In this document: positions 26,461 through 40,314 of the stretch, one piece after another
Layout: each line of letters opens with the position of its first letter
Numbering within the stretch: position 1 is the stretch's first letter
Assembly: GCF_030684315.1 (NCBI RefSeq)
Contig: NC_081357.1
Coordinates: 91,892,788-91,956,787, forward strand
Reading direction: 5' to 3'
DNA: 64,000 nucleotides
Source of the DNA: Stegostoma tigrinum
Lineage: Eukaryota
Translations under genes and position numbers: made by a program
The notes under the pieces: generated by a model
What the model was told of the DNA's origin: nothing
Seen by the model: the letters and a program-made list of their open reading frames with translations, nothing else
Database searches by the model: none

Positions 26461-27152
26461 ATTGTAAGTTAGCAATTCATGTTTTGTGTCTGCCACCGGC
26501 AAGCACAATCTGTTTGCAGTAAATAGCTGCTTTTGTATGAAGTACAGAAACCTGATGAGCCTTTTATTTTAACTTGGCATCATCAGTGAGGTAAACTGGG
26601 GACTTTGATTAAATCTTTTCTTTGTGACGACTCCAGCAATAATGGGGCTTGATTTCCAGCACATCATCCTGATGAGCCCTGACTATTGGAAAGACTAGGA
26701 GAAAAGAAAAAAAGTGACTCCTATTATTGTTACAACATCCAGTGTGAGGGTTAAAAGCTTCAATTTAATAATTGTGATCTGCGAGAGCATTATTGTGGAT
26801 TGTGGTTGTGTGGATTTCTTATCTGGAATCTGTGGCTAAAGTGAAAGAGACTGCTTGCTCTTGTTCAATAATCTCTCTGTCATTGTTGCTAGTCCCACAG
26901 GACTTAATGATCCAAGGACTGAAGTTTTGTCATTCTTTTCATCATGTACCGTTCTATGTTGTACTATGAACTGCAGCTGAAGCTACACATGTTGGGATTA
27001 AAGTCAGGCCTATTGAGGCTTCGAGCTATCAAAAATCTAACAGCAGGAACAGGGCTCACATAAATTTAGCGGTAACTGAATTTTTTTTCTCTCTGTTGTC
27101 TGCAAAGAGGCCTCTTCATAATCAGTTTTTGTTCTGAGTGCACTGCACTAAC

Positions 27153-27301
27153 CATTGCAGATATCCATCAGTGATGATGAATATTATCTCCCCCGGTGTG
27201 TACAAGAGCTGTAATCTTCTGAAGACTCTAGTGGGCAGATTGCATTGACCCGAAGCATAAGTCTTTGAGTAAAGGTCAACTGCTGTATTCAGGGCTAATT
27301 C
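27153..27301 (-). CDS. Candidate internal coding exon (phase 0 to 2), unidentified gene
   Basis: tttctgtaaacag|149 nt|gttagt; the only open frame is ELALNTAVDLYSKTYASGQCNLPTRVFRRLQLLYTPGEIIFIITDGYLQ+TG; phase-compatible with the 6448 acceptor. Confidence 0.27.
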
Positions 27302-27591
27302 CTGTTTACAGAAACAATCTCTGATCGAGGCTTTATACCATTTGTATTACCTACGCATTGAGATTCATTGAATCACCCTCAAATTACAAATCTTTGTTAC
27401 TAGCTGATGGCAAGTCTGCAATTATTGAGCGATAATGAAAAAATGCTCTGGAATATGCCAGTATTTTACATCACACATTTATATTCATGTTGGCCTATGT
27501 TGAAACAATACACCCTTTCAGTATCTGATTTGGGTCTTGATTGTGAATCACTAAACATTATGTTCTCATCAAATTCTATTGATTTGCCACA

Positions 27592-27935
27592 TCATAGAAT
27601 CCCTACCATTTCAAAAAAGGCCATTCAGCTCATCAAGTCTGCACCAATTCTCTGAACAATATCCCGTCCAGACACCCACTCTATCCCCATATTTACTATG
27701 ACAAATCCACATAGCCTGCACATCCCTGGGCACTATAGGGAAATTCAGCGTGGCCAATCCACCCAACCTGCATTTCTTTGGACTGTGGGAGGAAACCAGA
27801 GCACCCAATGAAAACCCACACAGACACATAGAGACATGCAAACTCCACACAGATGGTCACCCAACATTAGAATCAAAACCAGTTCCCTGGTAGCTCTAAG
27901 GCAGCAGTGCTAACCACTGAGCCACCATGCCACTC
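27592..27935 (-). mobile_element. HE1-type SINE
   Basis: catagaatccctac...ggactgtgggaggaaaccagagcacc...gtgctaaccactgagccacc. Confidence 0.92.
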
Positions 27936-28204
27936 TGCCGAGAATCACCTTCAAATCCATCCAATTCCCTCTCCTCTTCCTCCGTCTTCTGCTCTCCTCT
28001 AAGATTTCCTCCAACCCAACACTACTCCATGCCTCCATCACAAAAACATCTTGTATTTATGTAGCATGTTTAACATTGTAAATTGTCACAAATTGCCTGG
28101 AAGGAGCACTCAGACAACATGTGCTGCCAAGAAGCTAGGTGACCAACAACTTGGTCAAAGTGGCAAATTTCAAGGAATATTTCAAAAGAGGAAAGAAATG
28201 TACC

Positions 28205-28455
28205 AAAGGAGAGAATGGGTAGGAAGGCCTAGCCTGTTCACCCTTTCATTATAAGAAAAACTACCCATTTCATGTACTAGTCCAGTAAACATTCTTTGAA
28301 GTACTTCAAACACAGTTATATCCTCTCTTAAATAAGGTAACCAGTACTGTACATTGTACTCCTGATGTGTTCTCACAATGCCCTGTATAACTGAAGCATA
28401 ACCTCATTGCTTTTGAATTCAGTTCCCCTTGCAATCTGTTCACTTTCCTAGCCAC
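28205..28455 (-). mobile_element. CR1 RT fragment
   Basis: RTHQEYNVQYWLPYLREDI..LQRMFT. Confidence 0.75.
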
Positions 28456-28461
28456 TAACAA

Positions 28462-28520
28462 TTGTGCTCCTGAGATGCTGCTTGGCCTGCTGTGTTCATC
28501 CAGCCTCACATTTTGTTGTC
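28462..28520 (+). mobile_element. Short Penelope-like terminal fragment (family A)
   Basis: ttgtgctcctgagatgctgcttggcctgctgtgttcatccagcctcacatttt, identical to the arm at 19245-19298. Confidence 0.8.
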
Positions 28521-29269
28521 AACAGTTGGGAGGACCAGGTTCAGGGGAATAGTTAAGGTGGCAACCTCACAAGAGGGTAGATGGGGACATTGATTTAATA
28601 TTGAAGCCAGAAGGTGGAGCCTCAGATAGAGCAGTAATCTGTTTAATCCAGGTACAATGATGCTTTGATGGGCAAAATAGTGCTAAAAGAACTGGCATGT
28701 GACCTTTGTGACCTTGGCACAGATAATTCTGTGGTTTGAAGCAAGTGATAATCACATTACCGTGACTTCCAATTGTTGCTCACTGGTGTGTAAATCACAT
28801 CTTCCTAAAGCAGCAGTCTGTGCAAACTGCAATTATAATGCACCACATTTTACGGGCAGTGGCAGTGCTAAGGTACAAATGAAGTTCATTACTCCTACAA
28901 CCAACTTGATGAATCAGGAGGGAAGAGCAGAAAATCCTGGTGATACACAAAAAAAAATTAATGAGCCAACAACCAACTGCCAACAAATAAATCATTTTAA
29001 GAGGTTGGTTTTGGTCTGTGATTCACAACTAAGTGAATGTATTTTTTTTTGTCTGTAACCGTGTTGGAAATGGAATGTAGGTATGCACATAGCAAATAAA
29101 AATGGAACTGAAATCATTGTGAATACTGGAAATACTCATTGTCTTCTTAAATTTCCAACACTATTGTCCTCACACAATTGAATATTCCTATTTTAATATG
29201 AATATTATCTTGTTTTTGGTTCCAAGATGACCACATGTGTCAACTAAAGAAGACTAAACTCCAGCCTCA

Positions 29270-32200
29270 GAGCATGTCTGGCTCTGGAGACACAATGACA
29301 CATCCACAAAGCTGGCAGTTACCTGGATAGCACCTTCAGAGTGATCACACACTGCACCTGTAGGGCCTGAAGCAGTAAGGAAATAGGTGACCACAAGGCA
29401 GAAACAGGGAGGTAGAACAGGAGCACCCCGGGGTTCAGCTTAAAAATCAGTTTTCCAATCTGGTAGGTGGTGAGGTCACCTGTTCCTCAAGAGAATATAG
29501 TCATAGACATGTTTGTGCCACCACAAGTGGCTCAGCTGTCAAGACAGGAGGAAAGGTGGCGCAGTGGCTCAACGGTTAGTGCTGCTGCCTCACAGTGCTA
29601 GGGACCTGGGTTAGATTCCACTCTTGGATGACTGTCTGTGTGGAGTTTGCACATTCTTGCCATGTCTGCATGGGTTTCCTCCCACACTCCCAAAATGTTC
29701 AATTTAGGTGGAGATAGTAGGAACTGCTGGAGCCTGAGAAAACAAGGTGTGGAGCTGGAGGAACTGAATCTGTTATCTCATTTTAGGTGGATTGGCCATG
29801 CTAAATTGCCCGTAGTATGCAGGAATATGCTGGCTAGACAGATTAGCTATGGGAATAGGTTAGGGGAGGGCGGCTAAGCAGGATGCTCTTCAAAGGGCTG
29901 ATGTGGATTTATTAGGCCACGCATTCGATGTGGCTTTCACACTATAGGGATTTGAGGAAGAGAGGAGGAGCAATAGTGATAGAGGATTAATTAGTTTGGG
30001 GAATTTCTGCTGCCACAGATGAGACTCCACAATTGAGTATTGCCTCCACAGTGCTAGAGCAGCTATAGGACATTCTTTTGGAGGAGTGTGAATGTCCAAT
30101 GGCTTGGTTAAGAAGAGAGTTGTCATCCTAGAATAAGAATTTAGGGAGCAGATAGAAAATGACAAAACAAAACTTCAAATCCTTTAATCCCCAGATTACT
30201 TCTGGTGCCACATTCAAATGCATAAAGAAAGGGGAGAATTAGGCAGATGAGTGGTTTGAAAGATGATGCAGGAGGAAGAGTTTTAGGTTTCTGGGACATT
30301 GGGATTGGCTCTGGGGAAGATAGCCCCTGTATAAGCCAGACAGATAGCATCTGAACAAGATTGGGACTGATTTCTTTTTGAGGTGTTTTGCTAAAGCAGT
30401 TAAGGAAGGCTTTAATATAACTCAACAGGGATGTGTAAACCAAGAAAGAATATTAGACTGGAATACTACAGCACTCAAATATTTGGAGAGAGAAGCAGCA
30501 CCAGTATAGAGACTAATAAGTTACTCAGTGAAGTCAAAGTAAGGAGGAAAGTAATGAAGTCTAAATCACAGTTATTGCACATGAGTTTAGTAAATAAGAC
30601 TGGGGAGTTACAGACACAGATTGCTAAGTGGAAATATTGTGTTGAGACAATAAAAGTGATCTGGCTTAGGGAAGGACAGGACTAGGTGTTAAAAGTTCCT
30701 AGGTACAAGATGTCCAGAAAAGATAGAAAGGATAAGAAATTAAGAAGGGTGGTGATATTGATTAAGGAGAGCATTGCAGTGCTGGAAAAAGAGAATGTCT
30801 GAGAGGGCTCATGGACAGAGCTTCAAAACAAAAAGGGGGAAATTACATCATTGGGTGTAGTCTAAGTGCAAGATGAAGTTTGAACTGGAGAATTATGAAG
30901 AGCAAAGACAGAAAATAAAAAACAAGGTGTACAATTCCAAAGAGGGTGTAACAGCAAATGGCCTGTCTGTGAATGTACATTGATCATGTCTCATAGCAAG
31001 ACAGGTGGAGAAAGCAGTTCAAACCTTGGGTATCAAGGGCTTTATTAATAGGAGCAGAGAGTACAAGAGAATGGAGTTTTGCTGAAGTAATCCAGGACAC
31101 TTGTTAAACCTCAGCTGGAGTATGGTGTGCATTTCTTTGTTCTATATTGTAGCAATGATGAGAATGTATAGAAGAGAGTGCAGAAGAACTTTACATGAAT
31201 CATTCCAGGAATGTGAAACTTCACCTGTGAAGATAAATTGGAAAGGTTGGTGGTATTATATTAGAATGAGAAGAGGATTGGCTAAAAATGGAAGACAGAG
31301 AGTTGGGATAAGGGTTGCATATTCAGGATGTCAATCTATTACTTGTGGAGTGCCACATGGACCAGTGCAGGAGGTGCAATTGCTTATATTAATAAATTGG
31401 ATGAGGAAAGTGAATGTACAACCGCCAAGTTTGCAGATAACATAAAAATAGATGGGAAGGCAAGTGGTATGGATGACGCAAAGAATCTGCAGAGAAATAT
31501 AGACAGGTTAAATGAGTAGACAAAAACTCAGCAGACAGAATACAATGTGGGAAATAGTTATGCACATTGCTACGAAGAATATAGGAGCTGAATATCACTT
31601 AAATGGTGAAAGATAGCACCGAGGTACTTGGGTATCCCTGTCTATAAATCATTAAACATTAACATCCAAGTTCAGCAGGTCATAGAGAAGGCAAATGGAA
31701 TGTTGGCCTCTATTTCAAAGGGAATGGTCTATAAAGGTACTGAGGTTTTGCTAAAAGTGTATAGGGCACTGGCCAGACCACAGCTGGAATACTGTGAACA
31801 GTTTTAGCTTAGGAAAGGCACACTGATATTGGAAGCATTCCAGAAAAGTTTCAATATGGTGATCTTTGATATGGAAGGGCTATTTTCAGAGGAGAAGTTG
31901 CATAAGTCAGGACTGAACTCACTGGACTTTAAAAAAATGACTGCATTGAAACATACAGATTCTGACAGAACTTGACAAAGTAGTCACAAGAATGTTGTTT
32001 GCCCTTCTGGAAGAGCCTCAGAGTAAGGTGTTGTACTTTTATGACAGAAATGAAGAGGAGTTTCTTCTCTCAGAGGGTAGTGAATCTCTGGAATTCTTTA
32101 TAGCAGAGTCCTGTTAAGGTTTGGCCATCAGTTACATACAAGGCTCAGATGAATTTTTAATTAGTAAGGGAATCAAGGGTTCTGAGGAAAGGCAGGAAAG

Positions 32201-32300
32201 TGAATTTGGTGATAATCAGATCAGCCATGATCTCACTGAGTATCAGAGCAGACTCAATAGGCCAAATGGTCTGCTTCTACTCCTATGTCTTATGATCTAA
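29270..32300 (+). mobile_element. Long decayed CR1 (ORF1 esterase-like region, endonuclease start, RT), interrupted by a SINE and probably composite
   Basis: AIVI.D..(GDS-like)..YCL..AR at 29970-30060; NKTGELQTQI..WLREGQD (endonuclease) at 30590-30690; AKFADNIKIDG and the CR1 3' UTR at 31400-32300. Confidence 0.75.
29555..29952 (+). mobile_element. HE1-type SINE containing a 69-bp Penelope-like tail insertion
   Basis: ggcgcagtggctcaacggttag head; insertion 29713-29781 flanked by 10-bp TSD tttaggtgga at 29703-29712 and 29782-29791. Confidence 0.88.
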
Positions 32301-32369
32301 CGGTCTTATTGGTTGCAACTGTCCTCATCGAAGTGAAGAAGACAGAGTAGAAATCTTGTAAAAGTTTCT

Positions 32370-32735
32370 GAAATCATGTAAGGTCTTGAAAAATAGTTTA
32401 GGAGAGTTGAGTTCCTGCTCAGAAAAGGATTGAGATCGAGATGGCATAAATTTAAAATGTTTTCCAAATGTAGCAAATGTAATGTGAAAATATGCACTGA
32501 CACACAATGAATGGTTAGTATATGGAATGTACTTCCTGGAAGTACAGTGCAGCCAGGTTCAGTTAAGACATTCATGAGGGCATTTGATGATTGTTTGAAT
32601 AGAAACAATAGGTGAGGATATGAGGTAAAAAAACAGGAGAATCTCGCTACATCACAATGCTTATTTGGAGAAAGTGTGCTGATACAGTGGATCAAATGGC
32701 CCCCTTCTGCATCGTGAAACTTCTGTGATTTTGTG
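32370..32735 (+). mobile_element. Decayed CR1 3' end
   Basis: gaaatcatgtaagg..ggcataaatttaaa..tggaatgtacttcctgg pattern. Confidence 0.6.
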
Positions 32736-33484
32736 AGCCTCCCACTTCAAAGTAAAAGTATGTGGTTCAATCTATGTACCAGACAAATGGCTGCCATGTG
32801 GAATGATATGGCAGTGCACACACACTGTAGTAACTCACCAAGTCTCCCTAGACAGTAGCTCCCTCCCTAACAGCATTGTGAGTAAACCAACAGCACATCG
32901 GCTGCAACAGTTCAAAAAGGCAACAATGTCCACATCCCAGGAATGAAAAAATGAACCTTCTTCTAAACTGACTAATGTGTCTCCGATTTCTGCTCTGCAA
33001 CAGTAGGGCAATATTTATTCAAAGGCATGATGAGATATTGGAAGAAAAATGATAGAAAAATACTATTCTTTTTTAATCAACATTATTATTGATTTTGTTA
33101 AAATTCAACTTATAAGCATCACAGGAGAAGATTTAAACTACTGAGTAAGGATGCCAACAAATTCAGAACAAACAGCACTAATTTACAGAATCTATACTCT
33201 TACATCTGCAACCTGGATCACTTTCCAACAAATCGTGAACAAAATCTATCAATTATTATTAAGGATTAGATTTCAAACTGTACTAATCTCCCTGGTCACT
33301 GCTGAAACACTAGAAGGAATTGCTGAGATTTTAGATAACTTCCTTGATCCTGTGCACGATCCAATGAACTCAAATTGGTAAATACTGTGATTTGAGCAAT
33401 AGATGAGATTAGAATTCAGATCTTTCTGTGGCTTAGTGGCTGGCACGCACAACCTTCTCTAGGGGCAGCAAAACTGCTTGATGT

Positions 33485-33645
33485 TCTAGTCAATATTTAT
33501 CTCTCATCTAGCACCATGGAAACAGATGATCTGGTTATTTATACTTTATCATTTGTGGGATCTTGCTCTGTGCAGTTTGGCTGTCATTTTTTTCTACCTT
33601 TCATATTTCAAATGGTATTTATTGGCTGGGAAGTGCTATGGCGCA
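33485..33645 (+). mobile_element. SacSINE1/Deu-like SINE 3' half
   Basis: aacagatgatctggtt..tgtgggatcttgctctgtgcagtttggctg. Confidence 0.5.
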
Positions 33646-34769
33646 TATAGGGATTGCCAGTACTGTTGCAGTATTTCCTCCAAGTATTAACAAGTCTCTT
33701 GGTTAATGAGCCTTCCCAAAGTGAGTATGTGACTCACACTTGAAACTGAGCTTTGATGTGGTACGGAGACATTTTGGTATTTAAGGAACCTGAATCCAAC
33801 ATAAACCTGCACCCTCAGGAAATCACTCAAGGGTCATAAAAGAAAATAAATTTTCAGGGTAATCCTATATTTTATCTTTCATCAGAGGTCATGCAAAGCA
33901 TGAATGAAACACCTTTCAGTTGATCTCATCAGTGAATACTAAGGTCTAGAATGTTGATGATACAATGGCTGATTGACAGGTACAAAGGAATCATGTGAAC
34001 CTTAGTGTGCATCTCCTGAACCAGTCAGGAGACAGCACCAAACTAATAAATCTCAGTACAAGTGCACGGGGCCAACACCTGAAACAAGAATTAGCCCCTG
34101 AGCATGTGCAAGTGGCCTAGATCATGCTTTGGGCTTTCAAATGACCTGTTCCACAGATGGTCAGGGCCATGGTGGCTCTCTGCAGTTAAACATGGCTTGT
34201 GGCAGCCCTTTAAGGAGCCTCTAAGTGTTACTAATAAAAAGGTATGCTATTTGAAAATCATTCTTCAAATTCAAGGCTGAAAAAAGCTGCAATGTTGATG
34301 TCATGGTATATGGGTCTTAACGCATTAAAACTGGACAAAAGGACTGCTATAAGTGCCACCTGCTCAATGATGTCATATGGACTCATAGTTGGAAATAGTA
34401 TACATTTTCCACAAAATCTGTGTAACAAAGTCTATTATATCAGTGTAAACTCTACTTAGTTATTAACATACAATAAGCCATATCTTGTTAACTACAAGAG
34501 ACTCTTCTAGTTAGACCAGGAAGTAGTTTTCTTCTATCTCAAACCAAAAAGGTACTGTAGATTCCAACACTTAATAAAGGATGTTGGCAGCAGCCTTCAT
34601 TATCTGTAGCAGTTGTTACAGTACAGTGAGCTGATATGACCATACAATATGCAGGTAGAGGTACAGATTTGATCTGGCTACAGCCATAAGACATGGTGAG
34701 CAGCAGTGTGGTATCTTCAGACTCAGCTTTAAGTAAAAATGACTGCAAGTGGCTCTGGCAAAATAACAC

Positions 34770-35740
34770 TAATAACATTATAGCACACCAAGAGGGTAAA
34801 AGAAGCAACAAATATTTTTGAAGAGGTACTGAAAGCCTTTAATAATTACTTTATCCTCAGAGTTAAAAGAAAACCTTTTACAGCGCAAGATTTAATAAAA
34901 GAGTTCAACATTCAGGGGATTCATCCTCACTACAGATTAGTGGAAAAATGTGACTGGTGACTGGTGACTTCAAGTCAGAATTCATGGGAAAGTGGTGTTG
35001 TTGAAATTGTTGATGAATTTGTCAGATTTAGAACAATTCAAAGAAGATTTGATTTTGGAGAGAGCCATTCAGACAGTGATTGAAGCAGATATCCAGAAAT
35101 GACACACATTAATCTTCAGACAAGCAGATCAACCTTGTCACAGTTCAGGAGGTCAGAAAGTCCATTTAATTCTTAAGGTTTACAACCACAATATACACAA
35201 GTGAGAAACCAGGACAGTGATTCAGACAAGCATCCTTATAAATAATGTGGCGCAAAGAAACCTTGCAGGCAGGGACAATGCTGAAAGCTATTAAAAGTGA
35301 ACCCGATACCTGTCACACAATGGGCTACTTTCAGAAAAAAAAACTAAGGTCACAGGTTCAGGAAAGCAAGAAATTAAGTAGCTACACACACAAAGAGTTT
35401 AATGAGCTAAACTGGCCTAACACAAAAGAATAAACTAAATTGTTCGCAGGGATATAGGTGATACTTAAGTTAACAGTCAGCTCACAATTTTCAAGTTTGA
35501 CACTTTGGTAAGCGTTGACCATATTATGAGATAGTGAACCATGGTTACGGAAATAAGTCTACAGTGAGAAACAGTGCAGTTACATGGCCCAGGAGGCATA
35601 GCGCTTACAATTAAAGGTATGCTGCAAGCAACTCCCCAATATACGGGGCACTGAGCAGTAGAAAATCAATTATACCATAACAATCAAGAATTCTCTCTCT
35701 TGAGAAGGAAGGTATGTCTCAGCCTCAATCTTCTTCCAAA
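34770..35740 (+). mobile_element. Gypsy gag/protease relic
   Basis: FEEVLKAFNNYF...ARFNKRVQ gag-like motif; FKFDT protease-like motif near 35490. Confidence 0.55.
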
Positions 35741-36287
35741 TCTGGGAGTTCAATGACATAAAGTTATGGAACAGCTTGTCAAGAAATAAATGGCCAAAGA
35801 ACAATCAATAGAAGACTTCATTAGGTTTCCTAAACTCATGGTGAAACCTGAGCAAAAATCAAAATCCATTGAGATTGTTTGTGTTGGTGAAAGATATCTG
35901 TGTTATGCTGTCAAAGAGATGGGAATTTGTGACTATGTTGGATTGATGAATACAAATGTATTCTACTGCTATCACAGAATTTTCAGACTTCAGTAGCCAG
36001 CAAGTATTGTGAGGAAAAACAAACAATGAGATAGCTAATGAGCAGCATAGCCTACTTAAACCAATTGATAAAGTTGTAATTGGTGCAACTCACAGATTGG
36101 TGAGGAAATAGCTATGACATCTTCAGTCGAATCTTAGATGCTGAGGTAACTCAAGAGCAGAATGTTTGACTTCCCAGAATGAATCCTCAGCAACAGTGAT
36201 AGAGATCACGCCAAGCTGGAAGCAATCCTCAATAGCTGAACTGAGGAGTGAGCATGGTAGTTTCACCAATTATGCGTTCACTGAGTT

Positions 36288-36301
36288 GGGGGGGGGGGGG
36301 G
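36288..36301 (+). repeat. G14 homopolymer
   Basis: Direct reading. Confidence 0.9.
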
Positions 36302-37299
36302 AAGAGAGTCCAAACTAATCAACATGTAAAAGTAGCAAGTCTGCATGCCTCAGCCTAAATATACAAGCAGATTGAGAATAAAACACTTTTAAAGCAGGTT
36401 AAGGATGTGGTACCAACAACTCCATGGAAGCCAACACTGACGAGGGACAACCAATGTCCAACTATTCAAAATACTGCAAGGAAGTAAATGCGTGTTTCAG
36501 CAGGGAAGAAGTCAAATGTCCCCAATTTAAACTCTCATACAGTCAGGAAGAGAGTCTATCAGTCCTCATAATCCAAACAGAATGTGTTCCTGGAGAATAG
36601 TGAATCCTCCTGTTTGCATTTGTAAAGTCGGAGATTTGGGGCAAAACACAATAGTGACAGACTGGTGATAAATGTCATTATGTACACAAACGTATAATAT
36701 TAATCCTGAGAAAAAAAAGCTTGGAGGAGATATTATATATGGATCTGAAATACTAAACTGGGTCATAAGCATCACTATGATGATGTGATTTGGACTGTTG
36801 GCAGCCCAGTTTAAAATCTTGAAGGGTTCAGGTCCTCCTCAAAATCTCTGTAACAATGGGTGGGATTTACCACTTCCCTGAGCAGCACAGGCAATGTTGA
36901 AAAAGATGGGAGAATGCAGAGAAAATGAGAAAAATCAGATTTTCAATATGTAGAAGGAAAATTCCAATTTTCCCCTGACTATTTAAACAGCAAGTTCTAA
37001 GTCTCTCTAATGAATGTTGACTACTTCATTTCTGTATATTGTTAGCTAATTTTGGCTTATTTTAACCCAGCTCCCAACTCTTCTCTCCTTCAATTTTTCC
37101 TGCAATAAGACAACAGGGGTATGATAATATTGATGGAAGAGCTCTTGTTGATGCAAGAGCTAGAGAGGAGATAAGATGTCTCAAGTTAGTGAGTAGGAGG
37201 AACGGAGGGCATGAAGGTTAGCAATTGGGGAAGTTAAGATGGGTGAGAGCTATTGAATGGGCATACTGCATGAAACAGTTGTGGACGCTGAGCCTTAGT

Positions 37300-37620
37300 G
37301 AGATGCGTGTGCAGTGACAGAGTTAGAGTGGGTGGTGGCCCATGAGTGTGGGTTGGCAGAGAGAAAATGGTGCCATTAGCCCTTCTAGAATGCAGGAGGT
37401 CTTTCACCTTCTTCTAACACTGCTGGGCATTACATTACGCCCTGAGTACTGCCCTGACCCTGGCTGCTATCTTGGTTCAGGAATGGCTGTGTCTGGTAGC
37501 ATGGCCTCCTTTTGTAAATCAGAGGGATAAAGCACTCCTCTCCTTTTCACCATCCCATCCACTGGCACCTCTGAGTCCCTTTTGGTGAACTCAGGAACCA
37601 ACTGTGCTTCCTGGGCTGTT
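37300..37620 (-). mobile_element. Second Harbinger-type Myb/SANT relic
   Basis: Minus frames VDGMVKRRGVLYPSD..., KIAARVRAV...NAQQC*KKVKDLLHS. Confidence 0.6.
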
Positions 37621-40314
37621 TTACAGGGGTAATCTTGCATGGCACATGGTGATGGGCCAGTTTCTTCTTTGCAGACCCTGAAGCACTGTGGAACTGGGGT
37701 TTAAACATGGTGCCAGTGGCCTAAGTGTCACTAGGTCCTGGCAGCAGTGAACACTTGCATTTCCCCTGCTGCCTAATTCTCTGAGAGGGATGTGGTAGAG
37801 GTCAGTTCTGTGTAATTGATGAAGTGAACTGTGGGGAGATAGCATGAGAAAAGTTACATAAGCCATTGCAGAACACCCGGTATGAGTCTCACTGAAATAA
37901 AAACACCAAAAACATGGGAAAGCCAGCCTAAAGTCTATCATTTCAATGTATACTATGATTCATTGTTAACATGCAATAAGCTATATTTTGTTAACTACAT
38001 GGGACTCTTCAAGTCAGACCAGCAACTGGGTTTCAAATATCACAGCAGACCAGCAAGCCTTGTAGGTTCCTCACTTAAAGAGGATGGCACCAGCAATCTA
38101 CACCATAAACAGCCAACAGTATAGTGAGCCGATACACACGCATTGCATGGTGACAGCAGTACAAATTTGATTTGACTGCTTAAATAATAGTTTCCAATTT
38201 CATGCAACTGTCTGGTATTGCACATTCACCACATATCTCAACCCCCTTCTCCCAGTTGTTATCTTAATACCAGTTAAAACCATTTTATTTCCAAGTGAGC
38301 CTAAGTCACTTTCTGTCCCTGTTGTCTATCTGAACTCCAGATATCCCAAAGCCATCTCAATAGCCTGTACCCTGCCAAGTCTTCTGTCCTATACTTTGTC
38401 TTTGGTCTTTCATCAACCACCCGCACATACCTTCTTTCCCAGTCCACTCCTACCTCTTGTCAGAATTGGGTTTAAAAAATACATTGATAAGCCTCTGATA
38501 TATAATGTGAAGTAACTGCAACAATACAATGCCATTTGTTTGAGACTAGTACATCTCAGATCATACTATTCTGTAACTCTACTATTAGGTATAGTTTGTT
38601 TATTTAAATGGAATCCAGAAGTCAGGCCGGAGTTTGTGTTAATCCATTCTAGAGGCCCTCTGTCTTTCAATTTCATACAGCCTATCAGGTTTCTACTCTC
38701 CTTCATTTCAGAGGAAGAATCAAATTGGGCTTGAAGCATTAACTCTGTTTCTATCTCCAAATATGCTGTTGAACGAGCAGAGTTTTTCTGGCACTTTCTG
38801 TCCTTTATATCTTACGAGTTTTATATATGTTGCAGCTCTGAAATTCAAATGGGTCTACCAGGAAGCAAACTGGACACAACCAACTTATCCATTAGGTGCC
38901 CTGGAGGCCAAAGACCCAAAACGTGCTGAGGCTGAGAGCAACAGTTATGCCACACCAATAAACCCATACATTCAGTTCATGTCATTTCAAGAGAAAGGAA
39001 GATGCTTATAGCTAGCAAAAGCATAGTCAAGTACAGAGATCTTAAGGGTCTTTCTGATCCTCAGCCTTTGCTTAAAGTTCACTAACACTGAAAATGGTCA
39101 GCCCTGAACAACAGACCATTGTATTGCCATCCATTCTCCAGCAATTAGCCTCTAGAATGATATCCATGTAGGCAGCCCTCAAGCTGTGCTTGCTACACTG
39201 AACAACTTATGGACCACAAATATAGTTTGCCATGGTCAAAGCTCCGTGCCATAGGTTGTACCGTCACTGACACATTTAATAACTGACCGATTTCCTTTTG
39301 TCCTAGGCTGATGCAGAGTGCTGTCAGATTCTATTGTTCCTCTTCCAGCCACATAACAAACTAAACATGTTTGAGCACCTCAAATTAGCAGTCGACAGAA
39401 GTAGATTAAACTTCGGTCTCCTAAAGTGTGTGAAAGAATCAGGCGATTTTTTTGTTTCCAAATTAATCCGCCACAAATACCCAGAATTAAATTGATTCAC
39501 AGGATCAAGGAAGATGTACAATTAATTGAATCAAGCTCATTCAGCAGGAGTACAAGCTATAAAATTGCACCTGTCATAATATAGCAGGACAGATTGTTCA
39601 GTTTGACCTCATTTGCTGAGTTGAATCAGTCCAAGAGGGTAGGAAACCAATTTGCACTTGCTGTTTTGAGTGCAAAACGATAGCTAACTGTGAAATGACC
39701 TTTCAACTCAAGTAGTTTTAAGCAGCAATAACAGTAAAAGCAACTGTACAGTTGCCAATGAGTATTCGTAGAAAAGTACAAATGAACAAAAAAAGACCAT
39801 TAGGCCCATTGTGCTTGCACTAGCAGTTTGCCAGTCTTCTGATAGATTTTACAGCTATCCCTGTAATCCTGTATTTCCTATGGCTAATCCACCTAACCTG
39901 CACATCTCAAGACACAATGGGCAATTTAGAATGGTCAATCCACCAAACCTGCACGTCTTTGGACTGTGGGAGGAGCCCGGAACACTCGGAAAAAACAACA
40001 GACAATAGACAACAGGTGCTGGAGTAGGCCATTCGGCCCTCCGAGCCAGCACCACCATTCATTATGATCATGGCTGATCATCCACAATCACTATCCTGTT
40101 CCTGCCTTATCCCGATAACCCTTGATTCCACTATCTTTAAGAGCTCTATCTATCTCTTTCTTGAAACTATCCAGATACTTGGCCTCCACTGCCTTCTGGG
40201 GCAGAGTATTCCATACATCCACCACTCTCTGGGTGAAGACGTTTCTCCTCAACTCTGTTCTAAATGGCCTACTCCTTATTTTTAAACTGCGTCCCCTGGT
40301 TCTGGACTCACCCA

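Noticed and set aside
28699-29150. 119-aa ORF with CxxC as a host gene
   Set aside because: More likely a decayed Gypsy zinc-knuckle/protease relic; too degraded to call
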